NCBI GenBank assembly: GCA_028023455.1
Contig: JAQFVV010000010.1
Coordinates: 13,702,001-13,766,000 of the forward strand
Origin: Epiperipatus broadwayi
Taxonomy: Eukaryota > Animalia > Onychophora
Length of the DNA stretch: 64,000 nt
Direction: 5' to 3'
In this document: positions 1 to 14,360 of the stretch, piece after piece
Numbering within the stretch: the first letter of the stretch is position 1
How the letters are laid out: the number at the start of each line of letters is the position of its first letter
Translations under genes and position numbers: made by a program
Notes under the pieces: generated by a model
Seen by the model: only the letters and a program-made list of their open reading frames with translations
Databases searched by the model: none
Told to the model about the DNA's origin: nothing

Positions 1-509
1 TAAATAATTCTAAAAAGATAGCTTTGTTTCAAAAAGATCAATTTTATAAAGATTATTGAGTGTTAGCTACTCTGATAAATTTTTTAAAGTATTTCATTTA
101 ATAGTAATATTTGTAATGATGTAAAGGATAAAAAATTCACCAAAATGGTTCTTACATATTAGTCCTGCAATGTAGAGGGGATGGTATGCTTTTTTACATC
201 CATGATAAATGGGTAATGTTGTGATTACATCAAATAAATCTTGCGATCTTGACCAATAATGTGTTTTTTATGTGATAATTTTATACTCTCAGTTATTTTC
301 CAGATTTCATTCTGATAAGATCTTTAGTGCTGTCAATTGCATTTTTAAACTATTTTTACACCATATGTATTCGTAGTTTTGATTTAATGATTTCTATTTC
401 ATTTGTATTCATAGTTTTAAGTGAGTACATGTACTTTGCATTTTGATTTCATTTTCCCAATTTCTGATTAATAGTACATTTCTTTTTCTAAAAAATACAT
501 ATAAGGATT

Positions 510-720
510 TAACCTTAATACTATATGCCTTGAGTGCTTAATTTCACCATGAGAGGAACCTCTACAAATCTTAACACAAGATTACGACTTTATAAAGATA
601 AGAGCAGCACCTTATCTTCAACCTACTTTCTAATTATATAGGCAAATCTAAAGAATTTTGATTTGAGAGTGTAAGTTAGGAAGTTCTTCACTAATTAAGT
701 CCACTACCTCATTTAGAAAT
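510..720. repeat. Diverged fragment related to the 32172-32462 palindromic family
   Basis: gaggaacctctacaaatcttaacacaagattac and cttcaacctactttct resemble the arm and the reverse-complemented loop of the 32.2-kb palindrome. Confidence 0.45.
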
Positions 721-904
721 TAACATTCGCAAAATATATCGATTTACAGTGAGTTAATATTTAGTTCTTATAATTAGAAATATTTCGAATCAATTTAAAG
801 TTGTAAACATTAATTCTTATTACGTGAATGATCAGCACATAAATACATACAGCGATTTAACGTTAATAAAAAAACAGTACAAAATGAGGACAATTTGGAA
901 TGTA

Positions 905-1255
905 CCCGCTACTGAAATGAATACTGTTTTACATTTTCAAAAAATATATAAAATTGGAGGCCCTAACAAAATTGTCAAAATTGATGAGAACCTTTTCACA
1001 AAAAGGAAAAATCAAGCTGGCTGAATTGTTACTGAACAGTGTATGTTTGGTGGCTTATGCTGGGAGACTGACAAGTGTTTTATCATAATAATTAATGATA
1101 GAACAGCAGCAACTCTCATTGAAGCTGTCAAACAAAATGTGAAGAGCAGTCAATGATTTATTCCAACTGTTGGAAGGCCTATAAAAGTGCTGAATTACAA
1201 AATGCTGGTTGTGATCAATTTCATGCAAACTACAAATACAATCACGTATTAAGTA
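905..1255 (+). mobile_element. Merlin (IS1595/ISXO2-like DDE) transposase remnant
   Basis: Reads KIGGPNKIVKIDENLFTKRKNQAG*IVTEQCMFGGLCWETDKCFIIIINDRTAATLIEAVKQ. This matches the Merlin pattern GGPGxIVEIDESxFxKRKY..QWVFGGICRET..DRSAATL. Stops and frameshifts are present. Confidence 0.85.
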
Positions 1256-1879
1256 AGTGTGCATTTTGGAAAAATTTTAGTCTCCATTTTGGGGGGGGGG
1301 GTGGAGAATTACCAACTTAAAATAAAATAGATAAATTGATTGTTTCATTGTGTCAATTCCTGTTATACATTACATGGTAAGTACCTTTATGTGTACATTT
1401 TAGGGTTTTTTGTAATATTTTATAGTATTTTGTAATTTAGTGATTGTTTTGTCCATATTTAGAGTGACATTTGGGAATTGCATAATGATATGATATTTTA
1501 TATTTTTTATGTCAAATCAATATATTGTTGAAAATTCGTATTTTAGTATTATTAGAAATTAATATTCTATTGCATATTTTATATTCTTTGTGTGAAACTC
1601 ATAGTTTTAGTATTGTTACAAATTAATATTTCTAGTATTCAGACCACCGGTAACTTTGTAAATCTTGCAAAAAAAATATCATGTACATGTGATCATTTTG
1701 ATGAATTTATCATTTTATCTTCATACAAGATTCAAGTGCATACATTATTTGGTCAGATCTCAGATTAGAAAATTATCAGCAGATTGATACGAATGTGAAA
1801 AGGTGTTTATGTGTTGCAACACTAATACGTAAGTACCAATTTTATTTCTTTGCCATTTAAATTATCTTCATATAGAATG

Positions 1880-2420
1880 GTATGTGAAATAGTAATTTGT
1901 AAATAAGAAAATTGCTTGGAAAAGGGGTATTACTTTGAATAATTTGTTAAATACTACAAAGGAAATTTATGATAGAAAGACAATTCCTGCAGTATTGTAT
2001 ATTATCCCGCACTTTTGTAAGAAGGTGAATATAGGACAGGGTACTTTGAGCTTAAACGAAAGAATAAAGATACATAAAAGTAGGGTTAGAAATAAATATT
2101 GTAGTTCTGCTTTATATATTCATGAAACACATACAGAGCATACTATTAATTTTGATGAAGCTAAGATTGTATCTTTGAGAGAAATGAAATAAAAAGAATT
2201 AAAGTTAGTTATTTTATTAAAAATTTGATTCTGAAGCAATTTATTTATTTAAAAGTTCTTTTAACATTAAGTGTGTATAGAAGTTAAGTAAAATTGTGGG
2301 TAATGTTTAGTTTAAATGTTATTTTATAGTTCTTGACACTTGAGAAGTCTGCTTGTAGCAGTGAAACTATTGGTTGAGCTTTAGTTTATTTTTTGGCTAG
2401 TCTGTTTGAGTTGTGAATTT
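1880..2420 (+). mobile_element. Penelope-like element 3' remnant (GIY-YIG endonuclease C-terminus plus HHR region)
   Basis: ORF 1935-2192 reads PAVLYIIPHFCKKVNIGQGTLSLNERIKIHKSRVRNKYCSSALYIH...INFDEAKIV, preceded by AWKRGITLNNLL. It is homologous to the PLE at 23915-24766. Confidence 0.85.
2332..2378 (+). ncRNA. Degenerate PLE-type hammerhead ribozyme motif
   Basis: cttgac-a-cttgagaagt-ctgc-ttgta-gcag-tgaaac-tattg-gttgag: stem II ctgc/gcag and outer stem cttgac/gttgag, directly 3' of the GIY-YIG stop. The core is non-canonical. Confidence 0.5.
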
Positions 2421-2929
2421 GGAATAATTTTGCATTATATATATATATTGTACCCTTTTCTATAGGTCAATGATGGTTATAAATGGTCAATTACTAAAAA
2501 AATTTAAAATTAATATTATATAGTATTTAAAATTATAAATTATATTAAGCAGTAAAAGATTAATATGATATATTTAATAATAAGTATTGTGATGGTGAGA
2601 ATTGTATCTAATTCTATATTTTTCTAAATTGTTTTTCAAAATTTTATATAATTATTTTATATAATATAAGTAGCAAATTTATTAAGACAGATAAAAATAG
2701 ACTAAACACCGGAAATGACTACATGACTGTCTGAAATATTCTATGTATAAGCACCGGTTTAAATTAATACTAATAATTAAAATATTTAAATAGTATATTA
2801 TAGAAGTGGATGGAATTGTCACACACCATAATAAAAATAAGTAGTATACACCTTTATTAATTATTGTTTCAAAATTGTTTTAAAGGTAGTTAAACTGTAA
2901 TAGATAATAATTGATTTAAAAATAATAAT

Positions 2930-3110
2930 GAGTTAACATTTAAGTCTATTACGTCATGATTTTAAAACTTTAGAAATTGTTTATAAATCCAAGTACGGAT
3001 TGACCAATAAAAAATAGATCTTGGCAGACAACCAAAATCGCGCCAACTAATTGTATAAACGGGGGAGAACAAAAATGTGTTGACTCCAGAGCAGAGGTAA
3101 AATTTTAAGC
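2930..3110. promoter_or_regulatory. Promoter-like core within a CpG-rich region (~2740-5530)
   Basis: CRE-like ttacgtca, CCAAT (gaccaataa) and E2F-like cgcgccaa cluster here, followed by a possible donor gag|gtaaaa near 3097. CpGs are visibly more frequent than in the flanks. Confidence 0.4.
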
Positions 3111-6100
3111 TCTCTAAAAATTTTTTTTTTTCAATTTATTAGTCAATTTTATTATAATTTTAATAATATCTTTGAAAGAAACCAACTGACAATTTAAAAA
3201 TCATCCGAAGAGAATCTTAGAATAAAATTTTTTTAAAAAAAGTTTTTTCATAGTAATGTTTCACTAACTTTACAGTAACCTGCCAGTGGATTCTATCGAA
3301 ATATAATCGGAGTTTTCAATAGAAAATGGATAGATTCTTAAAACCAAGTTGTAAATTTTATAATGTTCCAAATATGTTAATATTATTCGTTGATATAGTT
3401 TATATAGCGTATCACTATGAAAGCTGCTTTCGTGCGTATAAAATCAATGAAAGGACATTGTGCGCAGTGTTAAGGAAGATAATGGATAATAAAAAATAAG
3501 TATTATTCATATAAGAATAAATGGACAAAAGGAATTTTAATATTGAAATAGTTTGAATTGCTTTCTTTAAGATGACTTGAGAAAATACTCTAGAAAATAG
3601 TTAAAGATCGGAAGTAGTGTATATAAAATAATAATGAATGAAAGTGAAGTTTACCAAGGAAAACACTTGCTTAAAGAAAAAAAAATATTTTACAGAAGAG
3701 AAATATAAAATATTGGATCCATGGAAAATGCAATTGGTACCGTAATTATTAAATAATTGTAGTTTAACTAGAAATAAAGATGCATCAACGCGCCGAGGTA
3801 ATATTCACCAGAACATTAAAAAGCGTCGTGGGATAACTAAATAAAATGTTTTCTAATAATTTTGGATTAAACACTAAAACTAAAGTTCATCTAAACAGTT
3901 TGTTAAATGAACTAATTTATTTAAAACTTTAATAAGCATAAAGGAGAACATTCGGACAAAAGAAGAAATAATAAATATTATGGGACTAACCAAGATTTAC
4001 CGTCAGAAAAATATGTGATTATGGTTTGAATTATTTTCTTTACTAATCTAAGTTAAACATTAAGTTTTAGATAGCGATAGGGAAAACAAAATACATTAAT
4101 TCGTGATATAACATTATATGAAATAATATGTTTTGATTTTGAATTTTAAAATAAAATTGTATGTATGTGGAAATTTGTATATTTGCGATGCTCGAAGAGA
4201 AAGAAACCTACTACGAACTCTGATAGGAAAATAAAGATTGTTTTGGTAACATTTATAATTATTAATGATATATAATGTATGTTTTATTTACTTAGATCAG
4301 CTGAGAATCGAATGAATGTAGCGCAAAAGTTTTATTGTTATTATTGTTGTAAAACGCATTTTTGAAAACAACACTCTAAAACACTTTGAGATGTGATTAG
4401 ATTTTAAAAAAATATGCATACGATAATCATTTTATGTGTTATTAATATAGTTCAATATAACCGATGGTTATGTGATATTTTCTGTTAATTTTCCGATTGG
4501 GATATTTAAATGTTATTTTAACAAAACGTAGATGTTGAACCTACAGTGTAATAAAGCAAGACAAATTGTTCTTATGGAATAGGGAAATGTTTTTATATTA
4601 GCGAATTTTGTTTATTGTTTTAAAAAGTAGTTAGTATTTTATCGATGTTGGATACAGTAAAAATTTCAAGAGATAGTTTGGGTAGTGACTTGGTAGTACG
4701 TGGTGATTCGAAAACCAAGAGGATGTATTAAAAACTAGGATGCTACAGGAAATGAAATAATAGGTAGTTTTAGATGTTAATCAGCGTAGTTAACAAAGCC
4801 CTACGACTGATACACATGTTGTCTTGGACAGTGGTATTTTATATATTTCTTGTGAGTCATACTAGATGTTTGGTAAAGCTGAGTAAATAGCTGCCACATC
4901 ATGCTTATCGCCAAGGTTATTAGACAATGAATGTCGGACCTATTCACACTGTTCCATACATTTTTTGAAGTATATTGCGGATAAGTTGTCTATCTATCTT
5001 CCCGATATCCTATACATCTTTCGCTATCTTTATCTGTATTTCTTGCAACTACATCGTTATATGATAAGTCTATTAAAAGGGAAACAATAGATATTTTAGA
5101 ATGTATGTCATGCTATTATTTGGAATAAGAATAGTTAAGTATTAACGAAGAGTAGATTATGATTATTGAAAGAAAGATGCAGATATCCTAAGAAGGGAAG
5201 GAGTTAGAGAATTATTTTAATTCTTTTTTAAGAAATGAACTATAATTTTATAAAAGTATATCCAAATAGAAATATACAAAAATATTAAATATAATTTCAC
5301 GTTTTCTTATTGTTAATTATACTTTAAAAAAATATAAGTATTGCATATTTAGAAAAATACAATAACATTCGATAATTATAGTATATGTGAAACTGTAACA
5401 GGTGATAATTAAACCCGTGTTATAGTATTATACATGAGTATGGCTTATGGAATAAACGTATTATAGTTTACGAGCATTGGAGAACAAACGTTAAAAGTAA
5501 TAATAATATTTGAATAATATGCGGAGTGACTTATATAAAGTTACAAGAAAATGTAATTTTCTTTTAAAAACCATATTGATTGTAAAATTATGATGTTATA
5601 AATGATGTTTATCCACATAGATAATTTATAATACAGTAACTTTAATATTAAAAGGTAAAGAATGGTGTTACCCATAAAATAGTTAAAATAAGTGATATGA
5701 TAAACCTAATGAGAAATAAATAAATAACTTTTAAAAGGCATAATAAGTTTAATTAACGATAAAAGAAATATAAATGTGTATAATTCAGCTATTGTAGTGT
5801 AAAGAAAAATGAGGATATCCCTTGTAAATAGATGTAGATGGATTTGTTTGTTTTATTTATTTTTATTGATGTTAATAAAATTTTAAAATTTGTTTATTAA
5901 AACTTGTGTCTGAGTTTTGTTTTCTCTACATCATTGCATGAATTCACCAGGTATGTTCACAACCATTAAACTAAGTATATGATTGTTTGCACAAAAGATA
6001 AATAGAGAAGCATGTTTAATCTTAAATATTTATTGATGTTCTTGTAATTAAATAATTATCAAATTGCATTGTGTTACTGGTCATCAATCCATTATCATAA

Positions 6101-7097
6101 TATTTTGCTAAATTATATGCTATTAGTTGCCACTTGCTTTATTTATCAGATTATCTAAACACTGCCACTTATTATTTTATTTTATTACTTAAAGATAAAA
6201 AAGGGGATATTAGATTATTAACTAATTTACTACGGTTATAAATTTGCGATGAAAGAAAAGCTGTACTAGTTGGATTAAGCAATGAAGATTGTGATTATTA
6301 TTGTTTTATTATTAATCTAATTTGAGAGTAGTAGATTATGACATAAAATCCCTTATCATATTTTGCTACCATATGTTATTAACATACGAATAAATTTAAG
6401 AACCTGAGATTATTTAATTTGAGCTAGATGATTACTATTATTATTATTAGAGATAAAAGATTAATACTTTAATTGTTAAATGAGTCTTAGTGATTAGAAG
6501 TTGCGGAAGTCATAAGAATACTATGTAGTTATTATGTGTAATAGTAGTATAAGGGGGGATAGTGTTCTTATGCCATTGAGGTGGTATCCTGTGGGATATT
6601 GTCTCAATGTAATCTACCTTGTCACCCGTATTTCCACTTCTAGTCTTATGAATTCCTGAATATTTATTTGAGTTAGTTTAAAACAGAACCTAATTTAATT
6701 TTAAGAAACTTGAGCTAGTAAAGCATTTAATTGAATATTTCATTAATTATTAGAGCTAGAACCCGGTTAGGTGATTTTCACTATATTATATTTATTTTGG
6801 GGGAAGTGGAGATGCAGGAACGGGGTGATTAGATTATGGCCCTCAATGTTAGGGGCCTGATAATATAGAGTTTGGGCAGAATATATATATATATATATAG
6901 ATATGTACATAAAGTTTAAATTGCTTTAATGATTTTTTTAAAATTGAAATAATCTTTTATTTTGACAGGAAAAGTTGATTTTTAAAAAACTTTTCCAAGT
7001 AAATGATCATTAATCCATGTGATTTTACTTTCAAATATTTAACAAACTGCTATGTTTTCAGTGATGCATATATATTTTTAAAAACTTTACATTAAAA

Positions 7098-9205
7098 AGT
7101 ATTGAAATGATATTGTCTGTCATTTGTAAATGTATATATATATATTTAATTTAGTAATAATTTCATTAGTTTATAAGAATAAAATTTTACAAAAATACAT
7201 TATAATGAGATATTATTTTATATAGCACTATGTTTATTTACGTAATAGTAATATTGGCTTAATCGCTAATATTAAAAATACATTATGTAAATAATATTTA
7301 AAGCACAGTCGATATTGAAATAATTGAGAGAGTGCAAATTTCTCAAGCACTTATGACTACAACCAGCCAATCAAATCTTAAGCACTGGGACAGAGAATTT
7401 AATAAGAAAAGAGCGGTTCCACTCTCTTCTTTACTTGTCTTTATATATATATATCTGTTCCAGTACTTAAGATTTCATTGGCTGGTTGTAGTCATAAGCA
7501 CTTGAGAAATTTGCACTCTCTCAATTATTTCAAAAATACATTATCTTATTAAATCAATTAAATATTTTTATCTCACAAAGAAATCAGAATTTCAAGTTTG
7601 ATTTTTTAAAATTTATTTAAATTTATTATAATTCAAAGTAAACTAGTGTCTTGAAGTATGAGGTTTTTTAAAAAAGCTTTTTTTTGTTTCTTGGAAAAAA
7701 GTGGGTTGGGGAAATTAGAGAGGGTTGCAATTAAACTATTGTTAACACCAAGCTAAAAAATGAATTTATAATTAAAAATATTCTTAGGGTATATCAGTTG
7801 TGTATTGCACTAATTAATCAAAAACTTTTTCTTAAATTAAAAATTCCTGAGGAAGAAAGGGACAGAAATTTAAGTAACAAAATTTGGCTAAAAATAAACC
7901 AAAAAAGTGTGAATCCTGTTTGCAAATAAATTGATTGAAAAGTGCAGAAAGAGATGGGGAGAAAAGAAAAATGTAAGTTGCAGTTGTTGTTTTTTTGGAT
8001 TATTAAAAATTTTTCATTGAATGTATTATTGCATGTTGCTATAAAAATGTTCTCCAGCTAGAGAGCATCAAGGTCTTTCCTTCTGGAGGAAACTGTATCC
8101 CAACCACATCTAGTCTCTTGAATTAATTCCACATATGGAAAGTATGAAGCCAGCCAGCTAGCCAAAGATATATTCAGGATCCAGAGGACTTAAAGAAATC
8201 ATAGCAGAAGCTACAAACTAATAACCCATGGATTTTATCATCATGGTAAAAATTTAACAGCCAATTAACCAAGGGTAATTATAAACTGTTCTAAAGTGAA
8301 GATTTATACTATAATTAGCATAATACTAACACAGACTCAGTCACTTGTGTTTGATGTTTACTGAAAGTTTCAACAATAGAGTATGGAATTACTGAATAGT
8401 ATTTATCATATTGTTTTGACTTATTTAATAAAGGGGGTAAGTTGCTATACTGGCTTAATTGTTTTTTTGTTATTTTTTCTTTTTTTTTGTTATAATCATG
8501 GGTTTTTACAGGTTAGTTTCCCAAATGGGAACTGCTCAATTATGAAAAATCAAGGGGGGGGGGGGTCAGTTAAAATTTTTAGTCATAAGCAAACACAGGG
8601 CACTTATGATGGAAAAAGTATGTCAAAGTAAAATAGATAGTCATAAGCAAACAGAACCCTTATGTCATCATTTCATGATCAGTATAAATTATTTAATATT
8701 AGTGAAGGTAGGTTTGAGTGAAGTGCTATATAGATCACCCTATTATTAAATTATCTAGATACTCTCCCCTATTCCAACAAATTCTCAACAATAATGTTGG
8801 ACCATTGTCAGATATAGGGTAGATGATGGCATATTTCCTCAGGAAAGATTATGAAAATGTTGAATAATACTATCATTATAAAATTAGTAAGCAATTGAGT
8901 TAATTTTTGTGCATATTTTGCTTTTGAAATTGATCGAGCCAGTGCAGTGAATGGAGGGTTGGGAAAAAGAAAGTAGTAAAAAGGGTATAATAAAGATTAC
9001 TGCAGCCATACTTGCACATCTTTTATTAATTTAAATATAGTATTAACTGCAATTGGGTCCTCTGGAAGAGAAAATATATCATAATTATTAGTTTGCAAAA
9101 GATTATGTGGCCATGTTATGTATATAACATTGATCATAGAACAATCTTCTTGATCTAGTCCTAGGCTATACATATAAAGATGTCCTCATACTGGCTACCA
9201 TAATG
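7098..9205 (+). repeat. 5' LTR of the Gypsy element
   Basis: Colinear with 14361-16605 from agtattgaaatg/agtaatgagatg to ctaccataa, with many substitutions. Confidence 0.85.
7287..7531. mobile_element. Palindromic insertion (29-bp tail plus ~80-bp inverted arms), no recognisable HHR
   Basis: Arms 7316-7395 and 7453-7531. Direct repeat aaaaatacattat at 7274-7286 and 7532-7544 (also 7191-7203). Absent from the 3' LTR. Confidence 0.8.
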
Positions 9206-9842
9206 GTTTAATCTTGGTAATTTTTGCAGTTCTAATGTTTGTACCACCACAGAACTGGGAGTTAGAAAATGGTGTACAACATGTGGCTTTGTTAACAGAG
9301 ACTGGTCTGAGGATAGAGATAGGATGAGTTAAGGAAGGCATTCAGATGTAGACAGGAAGGTGAGATAGAATCCCAATGAGGGGGCAGGATTTTGAGATTG
9401 AAAAATAATAATGATAATTGCAATAATAAATAAAAATAGTAGTAAGAGGAAATTTGGAAAGTGAAAATATAAGACAGAATTAAATAAAAGCATTTAGAGG
9501 AGATAAAGAGGAAACCCCATTTGAATATCTAGAAAGCTTGGAAAAGTGTTTCCACATATATAAAGTAGAAAAAGAGAAAATAATTATAGCCAAGTAATTA
9601 TCTAGAAGGGATGGCATGAAATTGGTGGAAAACTATACATAAACATCTGGATAAATTCAAGCATTATGCATACAATTTGAAACACAGAAAGACAACAAAA
9701 GATGCAAAGGGACATAGAACCAGAAAGATATATAAAAGAAGAAGGGGTAAGATATAGACATTTTTTTAAAAATGGCAAAGGAGCATTGTTAATACCCTGT
9801 GCCAGATTATGATAAAAATAAAGAAAAACATGCCAGAATATA

Positions 9843-10999
9843 CACCTGGGTTAACACGATTTTGAAGTTACGTGATTCATGTTTCACTGGAAGTCGAACT
9901 CCGATAATGCGATATTACTTTAAATAATAAATTTTGCGCACTTACATTATATTGAAAGTAATAGCACATTATTGGAATTCGACTTTCATCTTAGTAATTT
10001 CAATATTTTCAGTGCTTTATAATAGTAAGATTTTATGCAATAATGAAATTAAAATCATGATTTCCACATTTTATGTATACACACATTAAATTTTACAAGA
10101 TTATAATGTAAATTTGTTCAAACATTGTGCGTGTTAATTTTGCATTTTAAATCACATTCTGTTTTTGCTTTTTAAAAAAGAACATAGTCAATTATTAATC
10201 ATTTAGTATCTGCAAGTTTATTTTTAAAAGGTGAGTAATAGCAGTGGGCACAATTAAATTTGACAATTAAAAATTAAAATCTGATTTTTAATTGTAATTA
10301 ACAATTTAAAAATTACTTACAGTGACTTGAAATTAATGTGATGTAAAACAAAATTTGATTTTTAAATGGAATTGAAAATTAAAAAATTAAAGACAAAAAT
10401 AAGAATTTAATTTTTAGTTGTTAGTTTTAATTAAATTTTTCCCAGCAGTGGTGAATAAATGTCTTTTTATTATCATAAGTCTAAGTTCATAAACAATTAA
10501 TAAAATCATAGTCTCAAAGATTAATTACTAATTATGTTGTCAACAGAAAACCATTAACACAATATGAGAGTGAACTTGGCGCTAGTTGTATTTCCTCTTG
10601 TGAAGAATCTATTTTTTACCAGTTTGCAAACGAAACTGTTTATCAGCAAATAGCGATAATAATTAAAACGTGTATAAAAAAATGTAAATTACTGTTACTG
10701 TAAATTATGCATAAAAATATATTATTTTGAATAAAATTAAATATTATAGTTAAAAAAGTTTGTCTTGTATCAATTTTTTTCAAATTTGAAATTTTTTATT
10801 AGTCATATTTTATTTCCTTATTTTTTTTGCACGCAAATTTTAAAGTAAATTTTATGTTGGTGCTTTGCTTTTATGCGAGTTTTGAAAAATCACAGTCTGT
10901 ATCCCCCTTTTTCAAGGTAAGTTACGTCTATTTTTGCGCGATTTCGTTTGTGCGTGTTTTCTGAGGAACCTATCTATCGCGTAAAACGAGACCCAGGTG
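9843..10999. mobile_element. Non-autonomous TA-TSD DNA transposon (Tc1/mariner-like MITE), copy 1
   Basis: TA|cacctggg...gagacccaggtg|TA, inserted in the Gypsy gag region. A reverse-oriented homologue lies at 50275-51972. Confidence 0.85.
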
Positions 11000-11515
11000 T
11001 ATACAAAACAGCTTAATTAGATGTATAAGCAAAGGATTGGAAGAGAGACTGGAAGCACTTAGGGACAAAGAAAACATGCAAGAAAAAGAGGATGAAGAAA
11101 AAAGTAACCCAAAATTTTAAATGTAGTTATTGAAGAAGAAAAGAACTCAACAATGGCTGAACAGACTTGCCCAGTGATCCTGGTAAAAGTACAGGAGATC
11201 AAGATACAGGCTCTGCTGGATTCAGGAAGTCATGTCTTCATAATCTCTAACAAAATGGTAAACTAAATTAAGAATCAGAAGGATGAATTTAAAAAATCAG
11301 GAATAACCATGGCAAATGGTAAAAGAGCAATATTTTCTATACAGGTGTATGTGGAAATACAAGTAGGAGTCAAAATATTATTGATGCCAGGGTTGATAGA
11401 TAATGTAATACTTTCATCTGATTTCATGCATCAAACTGGGACAAAAACAAATTACAGCAAGAAGCCAGTAATGATAAAAAATGAAAAGGTCTGGTTTAAT
11501 GATCACATGAAATGA

Positions 11516-11658
<143 letters not shown>

Positions 11659-14360
11659 GGTAGCATTTATGGTCAATTATATACATGAAGAGATAGAGAA
11701 TAAAGGAATTTAGGAGGGAGCAATATTAACTTGGGAATGCAACTTGAAGACATTACAGCAATACAAACAAAAGTTTACAACAAAACTGGGGGTCATAACA
11801 GGTTATGTACACCAAATCAAAATAAAAGCTGAAACACATTTTCAATGTAGGCCATACCTTCCAGTTAATAAAAATAAAGTAGATAGTCAAATATGACATA
11901 TAGAAGAATGATGGATCATTAAGGAACAACAGTCCCCATATATAAACCCTCTCGTCATTGTAAAAAAAAGATGGCTCTATGAGAGTATGTTTAGGTGTTC
12001 ATCAATTAAACACCCTCACTATATCTGACTGGGATATGTCTCCATCTATAGTAGTTTTTCTGCTTGAAATTTGGGATAACAAATATTTTTCATCTTTCAA
12101 TTTAACATTTAATTATTGGCAGATGCTATTTCACATGGAAGACTGAAAATATACCACATTCCATTATGAGGGATATGCATATGTTTTCAATGAGTTCCAT
12201 TTGATCCCATTAACAGTGGAATAGGGCTGCTTCCATGTTTGGATCAGGTTGTGGCCAAGAGGAAAAAAGAATTCATCATATGATATAGTGATAGCATCAC
12301 AAACACCATAAGATCATTGGAAAAAATTGTCCATGTTCCTACAAGAGTGTCAGCAAAAAGTATATGATTAATTTTTAAAAAGCAATGTACTTTAAGAAGA
12401 AATCATTTTGGGGAAGCACCTTGTTAGTGCACAGGGGGTGAAACCCCATCCCAACAAGATCAAGGCAATACTTAGATTCCCTGAACCTAGGAATAGAAAA
12501 TAAATTAGGTCATTCGTAGCTATATGCAATTTTTACCAAAGATTTTATGAGAATTTTTCCATGGCCACTGAAGCACTTTTACATATGCTTAGAAAAGAGT
12601 CAGTGAGAGTGGACTGAAAAACACTATAAGGTGTTCAAGAAAATTAAAGAAAGTTATTAGAACAATTATGCTAGCCCATCCAGATTTTAGCAAACCATTT
12701 ATTCTGCAAACAGATAACAGATAAAGTGGGACTGGATGCTGTTTTATTCCAGCACTCAAAAAGAATACTGCAAGTTCTATATTTCTTAAGTAGAACATTG
12801 AATCAAGTAGAAATTATACTACAACTAAAAGGGAAGTGTTTGCTATTGTATGAGGCTTTTATAAACTCAAACTTTTATTATTAGGGTCAGAGATTATAAT
12901 AGTTACAGACTACAAGAGCTTTGAGTTTATAAACAAATGCTATTTAGCTAATGATAGATTTATAAAAAGTTCCACTACCAGGTAGTCTATTGCTCCAGGA
13001 GAGATAATATAGTGCCAGACATATTAAGCAAAAATCTGATCCTGAACAAAGATCAAAACTTAACACTAGAGGGAACATGATTGATTACTCTTGTAATCAC
13101 TCTTGATACATCTGTAGAGAGGGATAAAAAGAGACTGGAGTTTGTGCAAGCATCATGTGCCATGTACAAGGATATGATACAATGGTACAACAGTGTGACA
13201 CTCAGCCGGTGGTTAATTCTCCTAGATGGAAAAAAATGCACTGGTACAAAATAACCAATGGGTTGTCAATGTATCAAGTGAAAGGAATAGATTGCTGGAG
13301 AATTGTTGTACCCTGAAGTTTAAGAGAATGTTTGATAAATTATGTGCACCACTCATATGGGTATTATGGCTCATGTAAACAAGCTCTTGGAATGGTGGTA
13401 CTATTGGCCAAATATGTACCATTCTATTATTGCTACCCTGCAAAATTTGTCAGGAATGCCAAAAAATAAACCAGATAACAAGAATTATGCTAGGACTATG
13501 TCTACTATAGGACCCAAGAACCTGAAGAGGTTACTGCCATAGATTTTTACGGTCCCTTATCTTCGTTTTACCAATATAAATATTTTTTAGTAATGTACAT
13601 TTTTTCAAAACTAATGCAAACATATGCTTTGCAGAAAGCTGATGCAAAAAATTTCATTACTGTGCAAAAAGGAAGTTTATTCAAGTGGGGAATGCATATA
13701 TAATTTTAAGTAACCATGGAATACCATTCATGTCTAAAGAATGGCAAGATTGGGTGCATCAAGAAAAGGTCCATCATATTCTAACCTCCATCCATAACCT
13801 ATAGTCTAATCGATGAAAAGGGTTATGAAGAAATTGGTGATCCTGTTCTCATTTTTAAAAAAACACAAGCACTGGATTAATGTATTACCCCAAATAATAA
13901 AGATCATTAATTATATGTATCATAAGTCTACTGGTCTCACTCCAGAGCACTTACATTATAGCTGGTACAGCCATCACTATTTAAATGTCATATACCAGCT
14001 TGTCCTCATAGGGTCATTGTAGTGGAGGACAAGAGTTTTGTGAGAGTGCAATTAGAGAAAAGAGCTGAACAAAGAAAAAAGAGATGGTATACCTGACAAA
14101 TACTCTTTGGGATCAGAGACTGGGTCTTTGTCAAAATCCATCCCATTAGTAAGCTGAGTGCCAACCAATACAAAAAATTTTTTCCCTTATTCAAAGGAAT
14201 GTGCTACATTATTCAAAAGTGTGGTGCTAATGCTTTTATGGTACAAGAAAAAAATGGATGGAAAGGTACTTATAACGCTCGGAGTCTCAAATCATTTAAA
14301 AAGAAAAAAGCAAGAGACTGCACGGGATAATTGGATTATTTTTTTTACTCCCAAGAGAGA

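Noticed and set aside
7846-7875. ctgaggaag...agaaa in the LTR as an HHR
   Set aside because: No stem II can form, and the other LTR lacks the core.
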